DNA of 64,000 nt from Psammoneis japonica (taxonomy: Eukaryota). Made by a program: the position numbers and the translations under genes. The notes beneath the pieces are model-generated. The model did not search any database. It was given only the letters and a program-made list of their open reading frames with translations, and was not told where the DNA came from. The stretch spans positions 806,001 to 870,000 of the forward strand of contig QPGO01000010.1 in NCBI GenBank assembly GCA_008632985.1, in the 5' to 3' direction. Positions 1-11,925 of this stretch are shown here, one piece after another. Every line of letters begins with the position of its first letter. The stretch's first letter is position 1.

Positions 1-1
1 G

Positions 2-1456
2 GCCGAACTCAACAAGCTGGAGACATGGGCCACCGACATTGGCAATGCCTGCCTTGAAGCCACCACCAAGGAGAAGCTTTACATTGTAGCTGGACCCGAA
101 TTTGGCAAACTCGAAGGACACATCCTTGTCATCCACAAGGCACTGCATGGACTGCGCAGCTCCGGTCTCCGCTGGCACGAGCGCTTCGCCGACTGCCTGC
201 GAGCTGAAGGCTTCTTCCCCTGCCGCGCCGAACCCGACATTTGGATGCGCAGGAACGGCGACCACTGTGAACACATTGCCGTTTATGTGGATGACCTCGC
301 CATTGCCATGAAGGACCCTCAATCTTTCGTCGACACTCTCACGGAAAAGTGCAAGTTCAAGCTCAAGGGTGCGGGACCCATTGAGTTCCATCTGGGTTGC
401 GACTTTTCCCGGGACCCCGACGGAACCTTGTGCCTGTCTCCGCGCAAGTACATCGAGCGCATGGTCGACAGTTACGCCCAACTGTTTGGGGAGAAACCTG
501 CCACCAATGCCCTGTCACCTCTAGAGAAGGGTGACCACCCCGAACTGGACACTTCCAAACTGCTGGGACCCGATGGCATTCACAAGTTCCAGTCTCTTGT
601 TGGTTCACTCCAATGGGCAGTGTCCCTTGGTCGAATTGACATTACCACGGCTGTCATGTCACTCTCTAGCTTCCGAGCTGCGCCCCGTCAAGGCCACTTG
701 GATCGTGCCAAACGCGTCTGTGGGTGCCTCTCCAAGATGCGACACGGTGCTCTCCGCGTTCGCACGGAAGAGCCCGACCATTCGGATCTCCCTGCTCCGG
801 CCTATGAATGGATGCATTCCGTGTGTGGTGAAGCAGAAGAGATGATCCCGAAGGACGCTCCACCGCCCCTTGGCAAGTTCGTCACTACCACCCGCTGCGT
901 TGATGCAAACTTGTGCCATTGCATGCTCACCGGACGCTCTGTCATGGGAATGCTCCACTTCCTCAACAAATTCCCGGCTGATTGGTTCTCCAAGAAACAA
1001 GCCACCGTGGAGACTGCAACCTACGGATCTGAATTTGTTGCCGCAAGGAATTGTGTTGAGCAGATTGTCGACCTGCACATCACCCTGCGCTGCCTTGGCG
1101 TCCCGATCCGCAATGTTGGTTGCATGTTCGGTGACAACAAGTCGGTTGTAGACAGTGCCACCATCCCGCACTCCAAGTTACACAAGCGACACACCGCACT
1201 ATCGTTCCACCATGTGCGTGAGGCAATTGCCTCTGGTTGCCTTGAGCTCCACTTCATCGAAGGCTCCCGCAACCCTGCTGACATTCTCAGCAAGCATTGG
1301 GGTTACTCCCAAATCTGGGACCTTCTCCGCCCCCTCATGTTCTGGAACTTCATTCCATCCGAAGTCGAATCTGTTTCTGTGGCTCCTCAAGCAAACTGGG
1401 GAGTGACAGGATTTGAACAGGATTTGGATGCGCGCGAAGTGTCGCGCGCTGTTTAG
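2..1456 (+). CDS. pol: Copia pol fragment (reverse transcriptase + RNase H), open from the window edge, with many apparent Tyr->Cys/His changes
   Basis: Frame from nt 2 reads WATDIGNACL...KALHGLRSSG...IAVYVDDL...VDAN...TGRSV...WFSKKQATVETATYGSEFVAA...GDNKSV...NPADILSK, the copia RT/RNaseH motif series. Confidence 0.92.
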   Translation, partial: AELNKLETWATDIGNACLEATTKEKLYIVAGPEFGKLEGHILVIHKALHGLRSSGLRWHERFADCLRAEGFFPCRAEPDIWMRRNGDHCEHIAVYVDDLAIAMKDPQSFVDTLTEKCKFKLKGAGPIEFHLGCDFSRDPDGTLCLSPRKYIERMVDSYAQLFGEKPATNALSPLEKGDHPELDTSKLLGPDGIHKFQSLVGSLQWAVSLGRIDITTAVMSLSSFRAAPRQGHLDRAKRVCGCLSKMRHGALRVRTEEPDHSDLPAPAYEWMHSVCGEAEEMIPKDAPPPLGKFVTTTRCVDANLCHCMLTGRSVMGMLHFLNKFPADWFSKKQATVETATYGSEFVAARNCVEQIVDLHITLRCLGVPIRNVGCMFGDNKSVVDSATIPHSKLHKRHTALSFHHVREAIASGCLELHFIEGSRNPADILSKHWGYSQIWDLLRPLMFWNFIPSEVESVSVAPQANWGVTGFEQDLDAREVSRAV

Positions 1457-1680
1457 TTTACCGCGCACAGTTTTGTGTGCTTTAGTTCCGCGCGTTCACG
1501 CGCGATGTAGTTTGCTTTCGAGCCACAAGGCTCACAAGAATAAACAACAGTAGCCCGATTGTACCGACTCACACGTCTCTCGGCTCCTGCAACGGTCTCT
1601 GAGCGGAGACTCATCTGCTGTTTAGACAGCAGTAAGGAGTTGTTGTTTGAATTCTTGCCATTTGCCTTCATTTTCTGTCA
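1404..1680 (+). repeat. Putative 3' LTR (277 bp)
   Basis: Starts TGACAGGA directly after the PPT and ends TTCTGTCA (7/8 inverted repeat); contains AATAAA. Confidence 0.7.
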
Positions 1681-3500
1681 TTTCACATGATCCCTTTGGA
1701 CGATTTGGAGATTGCCCTCTCTGTCCCTCTCTCCACTTGCTCTGTGGCACAATCCTTTTGCTGTGGGCATGTCTGTGCTGCAGTCAGGTTGGCTGTGGCA
1801 CAAACCACGAGGAACCCCCAACTCAGAGTTTTGGGGCACCAGCCAGTCCCTGAAAACTCTGCTGGAGAATGGCAGCAGCTCCAGAGAGAGCTGCAAGGGC
1901 TGGGGGTGGTCGTGTGGTGGGGCTTGATTCCAAACTCTGCACTCTCTCACCTGAATGTGAGCAGTGCCAGCAAGAAAAAAAGTTGACAGGGGTGGAGCAG
2001 TGCTGGCTGCACTGTTGTCTGGGGCAGGGCTCTGTGTGGCCAGCAGCAGCACACACCCTGCCTTTGCCGTCTCCTTTGTTTGTTTGTGCACCATGCCATC
2101 TTTCCACATCTGCCTGCCTGTGACCTTCCATTCAGTCTGTCCATCTGGCGCAGCACAGGCAGAGCCTGAAAATGATTTTTTTGCTCTGTCCACCACAGTG
2201 CACTGTCTCATGGTGCGCAACTTCTCCTCCTCCTGCACAAATGCAAGCCTTGCCATGCTCTGGCAGCCTGCCTCCTGTTTTCACAACAGCTGGCCCAGCA
2301 CTGCTGTGAAGCAGAGCACACAGCTGCACCAACACACACAATGGGTCCACAACTGGGTGCTCAGTGATGGGGCCAATGTGGTGCGCAAAAGAATTTTGAC
2401 TCAAGCTCTGACAAAGACAGAAGGACAGACAGACACAGTGGGAAAACTGGCTGGGCTGCTTGCCATGGACAGAGGACCAGCAGCTCTCCCTCTCAAGAAC
2501 CACAGGTTTTGTCAGCCAGCCACAAAATGTCAAACAACAGCACCTGCTCACATTTGCTGCAAGTTCAATGACAGCAGCCTTTGCATCTTGACCAAAGAGC
2601 CACAAAGTGCAGCAGTGAATGAACAGCACTCTTTGCAACCTGGCAGCAGCCTTCTTGGACAACCTTCAGCCTGTTGCTCTCCAAGAGCTCTCTTGAGCTG
2701 TGAGCTTGGCAAGAAAATTGGTGAGTTGAAAAGGAGATAACTCTCCACCTTTTTTGTCAAAACAAACTCATTGCCATGGAGCCAGAGCTGGCACCACTCA
2801 ACAAAGAAGCACTTGGTGTGTGCAGCTGGCAGTGTGGTGGTGGTCAGCTCCCCCAGGTGCAGCACACCTTGACCATTTTGAACATTTGGGCACAAACAAT
2901 GGAGGTCCCCAAGAGATTTTGAGACATGTTGCTGAGAACTGGGACAACTTTTTGAAGCATCCTCTTCAAAGGCAAACTCATGCAAAGTGCACGTGGGGCA
3001 GCTCAATGCCCAGCTTGTTCAAGCAAGGGTCAAGCACATGACAGAGCCAGCTGCACTCAATGCTGATGGCCACAAGATGTCCACCACCAGCAGGGAAAAT
3101 TGTGCAGAATTTGAGTCCAAGTCTGGCTTGCAGTGGAAGAGACTTGCAAAACTGGCATCAAGCCACAACTCAAGATCCACCAAGAAGCTCAAGGGAGATG
3201 AGAACATGCCTTGATCATCCCATGTTCACAGGCATTAAATGACAGTCTTTTGACATGCTGGTGGCAGCATGCAACAACTGCTTTTGACTCAAGGTGAGCT
3301 GCAAAGCTTGGGTGACAGCAAGTGATGTGACACTCAGGGTGAGTGCAGGCAGACAAATGTGACAATGTTTCACTGATGTGAGGGCAGCTCAATGCTTGAT
3401 CAGGATTGCTTCCATTTTCCATTTCCTGTGCCTCCAGTGCCACCCACCCACCATCACCTTGAACACAAAGGCTTTGTCTTCAAGCACACACAGCTGCAGA
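1681..3500. other. TpA- and CpG-depleted degenerate repeat-like domain
   Basis: About 2-3 TA and roughly 10 CG in 1.8 kb; TG/CA-rich; only spurious Cys/His-rich ORFs. Confidence 0.8.
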
Positions 3501-3985
3501 GGTGTGACTTACATCAGAAACACACGAGCGGTTGGACCAATGAGAAATTCAAAATGGTCAAATGCTCGCTGTCCGTTGCGACAAAATTCATTGAATTTAG
3601 TTGCACCTGCAGCCGTCATTTTCATGCCCACTCTCTCTGGCTAGCCAGCGGACCCTCTCTAGAGGTCCCTGCTGTACAGGCGATCCGATGACTATTGCCT
3701 TCGCCAGCTTGAAATTTCTTTCTTTGAACAAATCAACTGGCAGAACTAAGCATACATCTAGAAGGATGATTTCCTCCAGCACAGATGCGAAGCACTCAAA
3801 GAAGGTACTGAGCCTGCGTAATGCATCCGTCTTATACTTTATATTTTTTATCTCCCTAAGTATTACTCAAAGACTTATCTCTAGAGGCTGTTAATCCCTG
3901 TTGGTGCAACAACTGCACGCAGTTAGCCCTGACGGTGGCATGGTAAGCCACGTCCGTTTTCTGTTCTGCTCAATAGAAGGGTCCA

Positions 3986-6510
3986 TCAGGAGCGCAGCAG
4001 AGAAGGATGTATGTCACCGGCATATTCAAGTGAATGCAGAAGATTGGACTCTAGCGCCGAAACACCGCAAGCATCAGAACAAAACATTGAGTCAAAACGG
4101 GGCTTGCAACAGCACCCACTTCGTGCGCATTGCCTGTCAGTAGCTTTGCTGAGAATCTTTCCTGCCTTCTCCGTTTCATTGTCTAGAGACGGCGAATCGT
4201 CTTTCTCTGTATCATCTACTTTTTGTCCGAGCTCTTCTAGATTGACATTGTCGAGAACGGCTTCTTTCTGCGCGAAGGCGTCGACGGAAGACCGATTAGA
4301 CTCTTCAGCAGGACCAGCACTTTCAGCAATGTCATCCTCAGGATCAAACAAGTTGCGCTGGTTACGCTCAAACCCAACGGGGTGATCTTTTGACGTATCT
4401 CTCTGAAGGAACAGTAACATGTTGTGGCGATCCATGATACCCTCTGACAAGAGGAAACTAATATGTTAGAATCGATCAACTTTGTTTCTCGTAAAATGGC
4501 GAGCGATTCTTACCTGCATCTTCCACAGATACCAGAAGACGCTCTAGCTCTCGTGTTCGTACTTTTACGCGCTCCTTCGGCCGGTATCCAAGGCCACGAC
4601 CAAGCCTAATCGCCATGTCACCCCACTGCTTCTCAGCTTTATCATGACGCGAGTGTACACTCCTGGTATGCCCTCCAATGTGCGTGGTTGACACACTACC
4701 CAGCGGCCACTTGTACGTGCCGCCGTGCTTGGCGAACGAAGCCTGGCGAATGACCGCAGATGTAGCAAGACCCCGACGAGTCTGCTCTATCCGCTGGCGA
4801 TCAATGCGAGCTTGAGCCTTCGGAAAGTCACGTAGCACTTCTTCTTCCTGATGACAACGGTCACAAACCGGTGCGAAGGGTGCGTTGGAGTTCAGCATGC
4901 CACGAACCGTGAAAGGTTTGTAGTGTCCACCGCAAAACGCGTGGCGCCATGTACTGCAACGCGAACAACAGAGCATGACGTCATTGCAAGTGTTCTCTGT
5001 TACCTGCCAACAGAATACCGGCTCTGACTTGACACTCCACCCTTCTGGCCTTTGGCGCGCAGCTTACTTATTTTGCAATGGGGAAGCTTCTCTAACACAC
5101 CAGGTTCGATGTTGTTGAGGAGACGGCTACGGACGGATGGTAAGTCGGCTCGAAACAGGCTTTCTTCATTCGCCAAAACTGGTTCATCAGCACAATCTTC
5201 TTCGTCACTCTTTTCTCCTCGAAGGCGCCGCTCGCGCTTGATGGTGGTGTTGGATGGCCACCACGTGTCCACTGGGAAAGGATAATCCGCCCCTGAAGAA
5301 GCCTTTGACTTGGATGCACCAGTAGTAGCCTTGGACCCAACAGAACCTTTCTTAGTGGTGGGATGCTTTGACTGTGACAATCCTTCGTCCCCATTGGCAA
5401 CGTTTTCTCCGGAAGCTTGTGCCTTTTTGTCAAGCGAAAAGTCATATTCAGGCTCTTCCGGTAAACGTGGAACTGAGGAAACAAAACCAGGGAGTTCAAT
5501 TGACTCGGCAGGAGTAATGTCTTCAGGTTCGGAGTCCGACCACTCCGCCTTCTGGAGGATTACTACAGCAGATGCAGCGTCTTGGACCTGTTGTTCTGCT
5601 GCTGCCGCGGCCACCAGCTCTTCCACAGTTCCTCGATAGTGTTCAACAACTGGTGAATCAGATCGATCCTTTTTCGCTTTTCGCGACTTCTTTGTTTCCT
5701 CTGATTTCTTTCCTTGTTTTGAACGAGGCTTCTTCTTCGCCGTCGTCGCTGCAGCCAACAAGAGGAGGCTTCGCTTTCATCCGGGGACGACGACGATCGC
5801 TCTCGCTTGGCTTTCTTTCGATGTGGCTGCGCACTGGCAGGACCGTCCTCTTGCGAGGCACTTCTTTTTCGTTGTAGATCCTTGGCTGGCTTTACTGCGG
5901 CGGTGGCTTGTGATGCTGCGACAGAATCGGCAAGAAGTCCTTCCGGAACAACCCGCCGGCCAGGACTTGGCTGATTCCCCAGAGCTGCCGACAGATTTAA
6001 CTCCTGCTGGAGCTGCTGGTGACGAAGTTGCTCTTGTTGCTGCAGCTGTTGCTGAAGAAACTGCTCTTCTTGAAGCGCGGCGAGAGGATTCTGGGCAGCA
6101 TAATTTTGAAGCTCGTACATTCGTTGCTGATGCAACATTGAGGCCGTCGGAGCCTGCATTAGTTGCTGATCAATCTGGTCTTGAAGAAGCATCTGCCGGA
6201 TTTGCAGATCTTGCTGCTGTCGCTGAAGATAGAGTGCCTCCTCCATCTCAAGAGCTGCCTGAAGCTGTACCGATTTCGACAAAATTGAGTGCATTTGTGG
6301 TTAGCGCAACGCAAGGTCAAAACAAAGAGAGGTGACTTGCACGAAGGGTTTGTGACTCTGTGGAGTCCCAAAAGCTTCCACCACCATTTTATGTTACCAA
6401 GAACATAAAAGTACAAATAATGTGTAGCAACGAACTCATTTAGCACTCACCGCTTGAGCTTGTTGCCGCTGCTGGCCCTGGGCGTCGTATGGGTTGAACC
6501 GACCGTCCAT
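3986..6510 (-). CDS. PHD-finger / Cys-rich zinc-finger chromatin protein with a Gln-rich N-terminus (spliced; apparent frameshifts near 5020-5060 and 5760-5820)
   Basis: ATG 6510; GT-AG introns 6450-6265 and 4513-4444; PHD-like [17 protein letters not shown]...VCDRC; C-terminal CARSGC...FCSDACG. Confidence 0.65.
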
Positions 6511-7251
6511 GGCGAAGATATTTGCAATCTCGAGTTTCGCCTTTTGAATAGCTGCGAAGCAATCGTCGATAGATTAATAATATAAACGAGTGAAAAAAAT
6601 ATCGACGACGGCAACTAAAACGATTCTTTCCTTTTCCAACTGACAGCTGCAGTCCAGTCCCACGGTATCTTCTTCCCTTACAAATTCGGTTCACGCTCAA
6701 CAATGCGTTTTACGAAACTAATCGTTTTTTCCGATAGAGACACGCCACTTTGTTTCGAATCACTTTTAATAAAACGTTTGGTAGGCAACGTATATGCTAA
6801 GAGTTGAAAATGCACTTGCTGTAGACGTCGATAACAGTTGCAGCGACCGCTGTTGTTGTCCCAAAATGTGGTGTTGTGGCAAACGCTCAATGCCTCTTGG
6901 GGTTTCGCTACGCGGCGTGGAGAATTATCCGTGATATGAAGAGGGCTATTATATTATCCATCGTTTAAGGCTTGAATATTTATGTCATTACGCTATGTTC
7001 AAAATGTCTAGATCTGCCGGCTCGAATAATGAATATTGAAAAGCAAATGTATATTAATACTATGCTATACATTAGGTTAGTCCTAAGACAAAATATCTAA
7101 TGATAGTAACGAACTATCATACTGAAAAGTACGACGCTCAAGCCGTTGGTTCGACGGTCGAGCAAGTGTACCCACCGCCCCGCCCACAGCCAGGCAGCGA
7201 GCGCCATCCAGTCCGCAGAGATTTCGAGACACGACATTGCACCATGTGGGC

Positions 7252-8253
7252 ATGCTGATGACGAGAATGGCCGTCAGCCCCTCCAACCCCTTCAAACGCA
7301 ACCGACAAGTTCATCGGTATACCCCTTCATGGCAAGGGCTATGCCTAGGCTTTACTGGAATCCTTGCGGTCTATTTATTTGGAAAGCTGCGAGCATTGAA
7401 GAGCACAATAAGCTTGCCGCTTCGTACTGCAAATACTAGCGATGAAACTGTGACGACGACTCAGTTCGAGGTTGACCCCGATGTGGCAAAATTGGTGGCT
7501 TTACAACAAAATCCACAAGATCAAGATGCTATTGAAGCTGCTAATGATGATTTTGGTTTAGTCTTGATAACGGGATGGCCGCCAACGAACGACATCAAAA
7601 GCTTCTTTACAGAGTTTCAACGGTTGGTGAGACAATGCTTTGAACCGCAAGACCTGGATAATTCTCATGGCCCAGCATCCGTTTACCTGTGTCCTCCCCA
7701 GTATCTTCATGTTACGGTTGCTACACTTCATTCACTGGTAATTCCCACCAGGGATAATCCAGAACAACGTTTGGTTCTGACACAACACTGGCGAGACATT
7801 TTGATGAGAGCTGCACTTCGGCCCGAATGGCCGACACAGCCATTGGAGTTGGTTATTGACTCGGCTCGGATAGGGGCACGTGCCGGAATTATACTATGGA
7901 AAGAGACAACCGGAGGATTAGAGAAGATGCGACAATGCATTCGACAAGAGACGGACGAGCGTAAAGACGAGCTAATTGAAGTTGGAATCGATCCGAGTAC
8001 GCTAAAGATACCCAACATTGTACACAGCACCTTTTTGCGCTTCTACAGAGTCCCAACGACAAGTGAAGCAGTCGTTCAAGAGCGGTTCAACCAAATTGTG
8101 CTGCCTCGGTTGCGTCAAGCCTTTTCTGCGCCAGTGACTTTTAATGATACAAAGCTCATTTGTGAGCTCATGCCCAATGTGCATTTCCCAAACGATGATC
8201 GCCATGTCTTGCTAAGGACGCCGATAGCAAGCCATGAAGAGCTCATGAAATAA
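7252..8253 (+). CDS. 2H-phosphoesterase superfamily-like protein with an N-terminal hydrophobic segment
   Basis: Single-exon ORF with two Hx(T/S) motifs, YLHVTVA and IVHSTFL, about 100 aa apart. Confidence 0.6.
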   Translation: MLMTRMAVSPSNPFKRNRQVHRYTPSWQGLCLGFTGILAVYLFGKLRALKSTISLPLRTANTSDETVTTTQFEVDPDVAKLVALQQNPQDQDAIEAANDDFGLVLITGWPPTNDIKSFFTEFQRLVRQCFEPQDLDNSHGPASVYLCPPQYLHVTVATLHSLVIPTRDNPEQRLVLTQHWRDILMRAALRPEWPTQPLELVIDSARIGARAGIILWKETTGGLEKMRQCIRQETDERKDELIEVGIDPSTLKIPNIVHSTFLRFYRVPTTSEAVVQERFNQIVLPRLRQAFSAPVTFNDTKLICELMPNVHFPNDDRHVLLRTPIASHEELMK

Positions 8254-8477
8254 AGATGCTCTACCTGATTTTGCCCTCCTGTTGTGTAAAGCTACAGAAA
8301 CTGAAAACAAAATGCTTGCACTATCTGAAACGAATCAACTTGCTGATAACATCGGCCACGAACCTGGACAAAGCTGACGAGGACCTATCTCAAACTTAAC
8401 AATTGGCTGTTAAAGAACGCCTTACAAAGACCGCGATAAACTAGACTTACGTAAACCAGCAACAGGACCACACACGT

Positions 8478-9592
8478 CTATCCCAAAAAGTCAAGGATAA
8501 GATTCAACTCCGAATCATCCCATTCCCAATCATCCACGTCCAACAAATCGTTACTATCAAATGCAGGAGTTGTCGTTGTTGTCTCCACGGCTGGCGCAGC
8601 TGGCTCGGCGGCAGCTGGTTTCTTTGCTTCCGCAGCAGGCGCCGTTGGTTCGCGCCTGACATATTCCCAGAAATAATAAGAATGATCCAAGTTGGGAATC
8701 ACCAGACAATTGAATTGATCCACTCAATGGGATTCGGACACGAGTTGCACTTGAGCTTGATGCAGGACAGTCGTGTCAATTTGGGAGTCACATCCTTGGT
8801 GGCGTGTACGGAAAAGACTTGCTGCGCCAAACCACGAATCTGCTTGTACCGATCCTTCTCGTCCAAAAACAAATCCACAATGGCCATTTGTTTGCTTTAT
8901 ACGTGCTTTCCATGAGTGACATGGGAACAATGTCACGTTCAAAAGCGGGAGAACAAAGCAATCGAATACAGCCCTTGTATTCCTCTCGAAACCAAATCCA
9001 CCGATTGCCCATGAAGCTCAAATCGCTATTATTATTGTTGGTGGAAGTGTGCGACGGCAATCCCACTGCCGACAAGAGTTCTGCAGGAATCTCGGAATAC
9101 TTGAGTGGCTCGTCACCCATGACTCTCTGTTCCGACGATGGCGTCAATAGTATGGGATACAATAAATCCATACCACGTTGATTCTGGTGCTCACACAGCA
9201 CCTGATCCATATCGAGTCCGCAGCGTGCCGCAATGGCAGACGCACGAGACAAGAGCGACAAGCTTCTCCTGGTAAACGCCAAGGATATCCAGGACCGTAC
9301 CAAATAATTCAAACCATAATTATCCGGTTTGATGGGAGGAAAGCAATCCAATTCTGTCGACAGGGCCGCATCTTCGGACGGCTGTAATCCATCCTGGGTT
9401 TGTGAAGTAGTACTGCTTCATCGTCACCACATGCGTCGCTCTGCTTGCGGCCTCGTTTACGACTCGTATTTCCTTTGCGACGGCCTTGTTGAGACTGGTG
9501 CTTGACACAGACACGATTGAGACGAGACAGCGCGAACAGGGAAGGACCTTATCGCACTTGACCTTGGCAATGTGACATTCCGTGCACGCCAT
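8478..9592 (-). CDS. Zn(II)2Cys6 (GAL4-type) transcription factor, broken by about 4 frameshifts
   Basis: MACTECHIAKVKCDKVLPCSRC; restoring one base near 9526 gives ...SRLNRVC and completes C-x2-C-x6-C-x5-C-x2-C-x6-C; overlapping ORFs continue to an acidic C-terminus (DVDDWEWDDSELNLILDFLG). Confidence 0.7.
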
Positions 9593-10013
9593 GGTTGCCT
9601 GCCTGCTCTTGCCTTTGAAAAATGGAAATGAAAAATCTACTTGTGGGCGTGGAGCTCGTAAAGTACGTCATGACGTACATCGATCGAGCTCTCTTCATAC
9701 GATAATAAAGTAGTAACAAAACATACTACACCGCATGCATGCACGCAACGCCTCCTTGAAGATGACGTCAATCGCGTCAGTCAGCGCCGCCATCCAACGA
9801 ACTTCCGCCGTGCGTTCACTTTTCACTTTCACCGCACAACGCCACCAAATAATAACTTCACTCGTTGACAGCAGGTGCCTTCTTCCTTGTCACGTTGCAA
9901 GGTCGCTCCTGCTATTTTGCTCGAGAGAACTCATACTTTATTATTTAGCTCTTTTTAGTGACTGCAACGAGTTGCGAAAAAGTGTTTCACACAGGGTTGG
10001 TTTAGAGGAAAAG

Positions 10014-11804
10014 ATGCGCTTGTCGGGTGATGTATTGCCGCTCTTGGTGATGGCTGCGTCCATGGCTGTGACCACGTCGTTTGTGCCGAGATCGCTGGGG
10101 TTTACCACGTCCATATCTGCGAGCATCATGACAAGACTCGCGATTTTCACTCTATTTTCGACAATCGACGGTTGCTCCTATGGATGATACAAAAGAAGAA
10201 GCACCACAACAGCATCCGACGACTCGGCCTTTGACAAATTTGACTACAATAATTGTTGGCATCCAGTGATTTGGGCACGGGATTTGCCTCTCAACCGACC
10301 AACACGAGTGACGGTATTTGATACGGATTATGTAGTGGCTCGTATTGATGAAAAGGATGAAATTATTTGCATGTTGGATCGTTGTCCGCACAATCGGCGT
10401 CGCTCAGTGAAGGACGCGTCACGTCGAGTGGATACTTTCAATGCGCCTATCACGGGTGGTCCTTTGACGGAAAGGACGGAACGTGTGTCGAAATACCTCA
10501 GACTCCTACCAATGAAATGGTGTCCAAGGAACAAGCACAAAAGATTTCATCACGAGCCTGCGGCACGGCAGTACCCGCCATGATTGTACAAGGCATGGTT
10601 TGGATCTTTCCGGGCGGCAATTTGGAAAAGGCCTTGCTCGCGCCGCCACCACCTGTGATTGATGAAATGGACATGGAGGGATACAAGACAGTTCAAGAGA
10701 TTCGGGATTTTCCAATCGATTGGACGATATTGTTGGAAAACATTATGGATCCCGATCACGGATTGTTTGCTCATCAGGCCGAGCCATTTGACTTGTACTG
10801 TGCCTCCAAGGATCGACCGCAGACGATTGAAGAGCACGTGACACATGACGGCAAACGCTGGACCATTACATCGCGTGTCGATGCCGTCAAGAAAATGACA
10901 GCTCTCGACAAATCCCAGCGTCGTGGAGAGGACAACAAGGAGGTTACAATGGAGAGTGAAAATGACATTCTCACTGCAACAACCACCTTTACGGCTCCAA
11001 ATCATGTCGTCATGGCACGTCGAGACAAGGCAAAGGGAGATACAAAATTCTTGACAGCCTTTTGGGTTTGTCCTGTTGGGACAGGACGTTCTCGATTCAT
11101 GGCGGTCGCCATTGCCAAAGTTCCCTTTCTGCCTCCCCGATGGTTTATGCATATCAATGTCAATAACTTTTTGGATCAAGATTCACAATTGTTGGCGACT
11201 CAGCAAACCTACGTATTGAGCGAGGAAGCTAAGATTGTTCGAAAATTAAAAGACAAGAATATCAATCTCGAAAAGGAATCGACGCACCTGAGGAGAAATC
11301 TATTTGTCTATCAGAGCCCGTCCGAGAAACTGAGCGTCCGCATTGGTGCGCTCTGGGATGCCACACTAAATCGTGCTCCAAAGCGACTCGCCACCTTGCT
11401 GGATATGGATAGCAGAGGGGATTTTCGATCGCAACCGTCACGTGAAGTTGTCTTGGATCGGCAGGTGCAACACACTCAAATATGTCCCGATTCACAAGAT
11501 GTCGTGCGAAATTGCAACCGCATTCAAAAGATATCCAACGACTGGCACTCTTGACGATTGCTGCCAAGGCATGGTCGCTTTGTGCAGCCAATGCGGCTGC
11601 AGCCAGTGGTACTACAATTGCGAAATGGGCCACACGTTTGGATGGCTTACTCAAGCCTTCTATTCTTGGCTGGACGCTGGGTCTGTGTGCCTTGTCATGT
11701 GGGTTGCCAAGAAGATTAATCTCGAGTTCGCCTTCAAATACACGGAAGCACTCCGCAATCGAGATATGGATAAGCTACCAAATCATTGGGCCGATAGAGC
11801 ATGA
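10014..11804 (+). CDS. Plastid-targeted Rieske non-heme iron oxygenase (pheophorbide a oxygenase / Tic55 family), about 5 single-base frameshifts
   Basis: Signal peptide + TS-FVP; WHPV; Rieske DRCPH...QCAYHGWSFDG; mononuclear-iron motif ENIMDPDHGLFAH; C-terminal HTQICPDS. Confidence 0.8.
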
Positions 11805-11925
11805 TGGAGCGCGCTATGCGTTTTAAAAGAGTATTATAGAGCTCTAATTGTACAGACGCTGAAACATTGCAACTTGATTGATTAAATTTCTTAGCTACTC
11901 CTGGCCGACTCATCTGCCGCTGGAT

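Larger units (their letters stand above)
1..1680 (+). mobile_element. 3' part of a Ty1/copia LTR retrotransposon (diatom CoDi-like)
   Basis: RT-RNaseH ORF, then polypurine tract GGGGAG (1398-1403) and a TG...CA 3' LTR; the 5' part lies outside the window. Confidence 0.93.
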
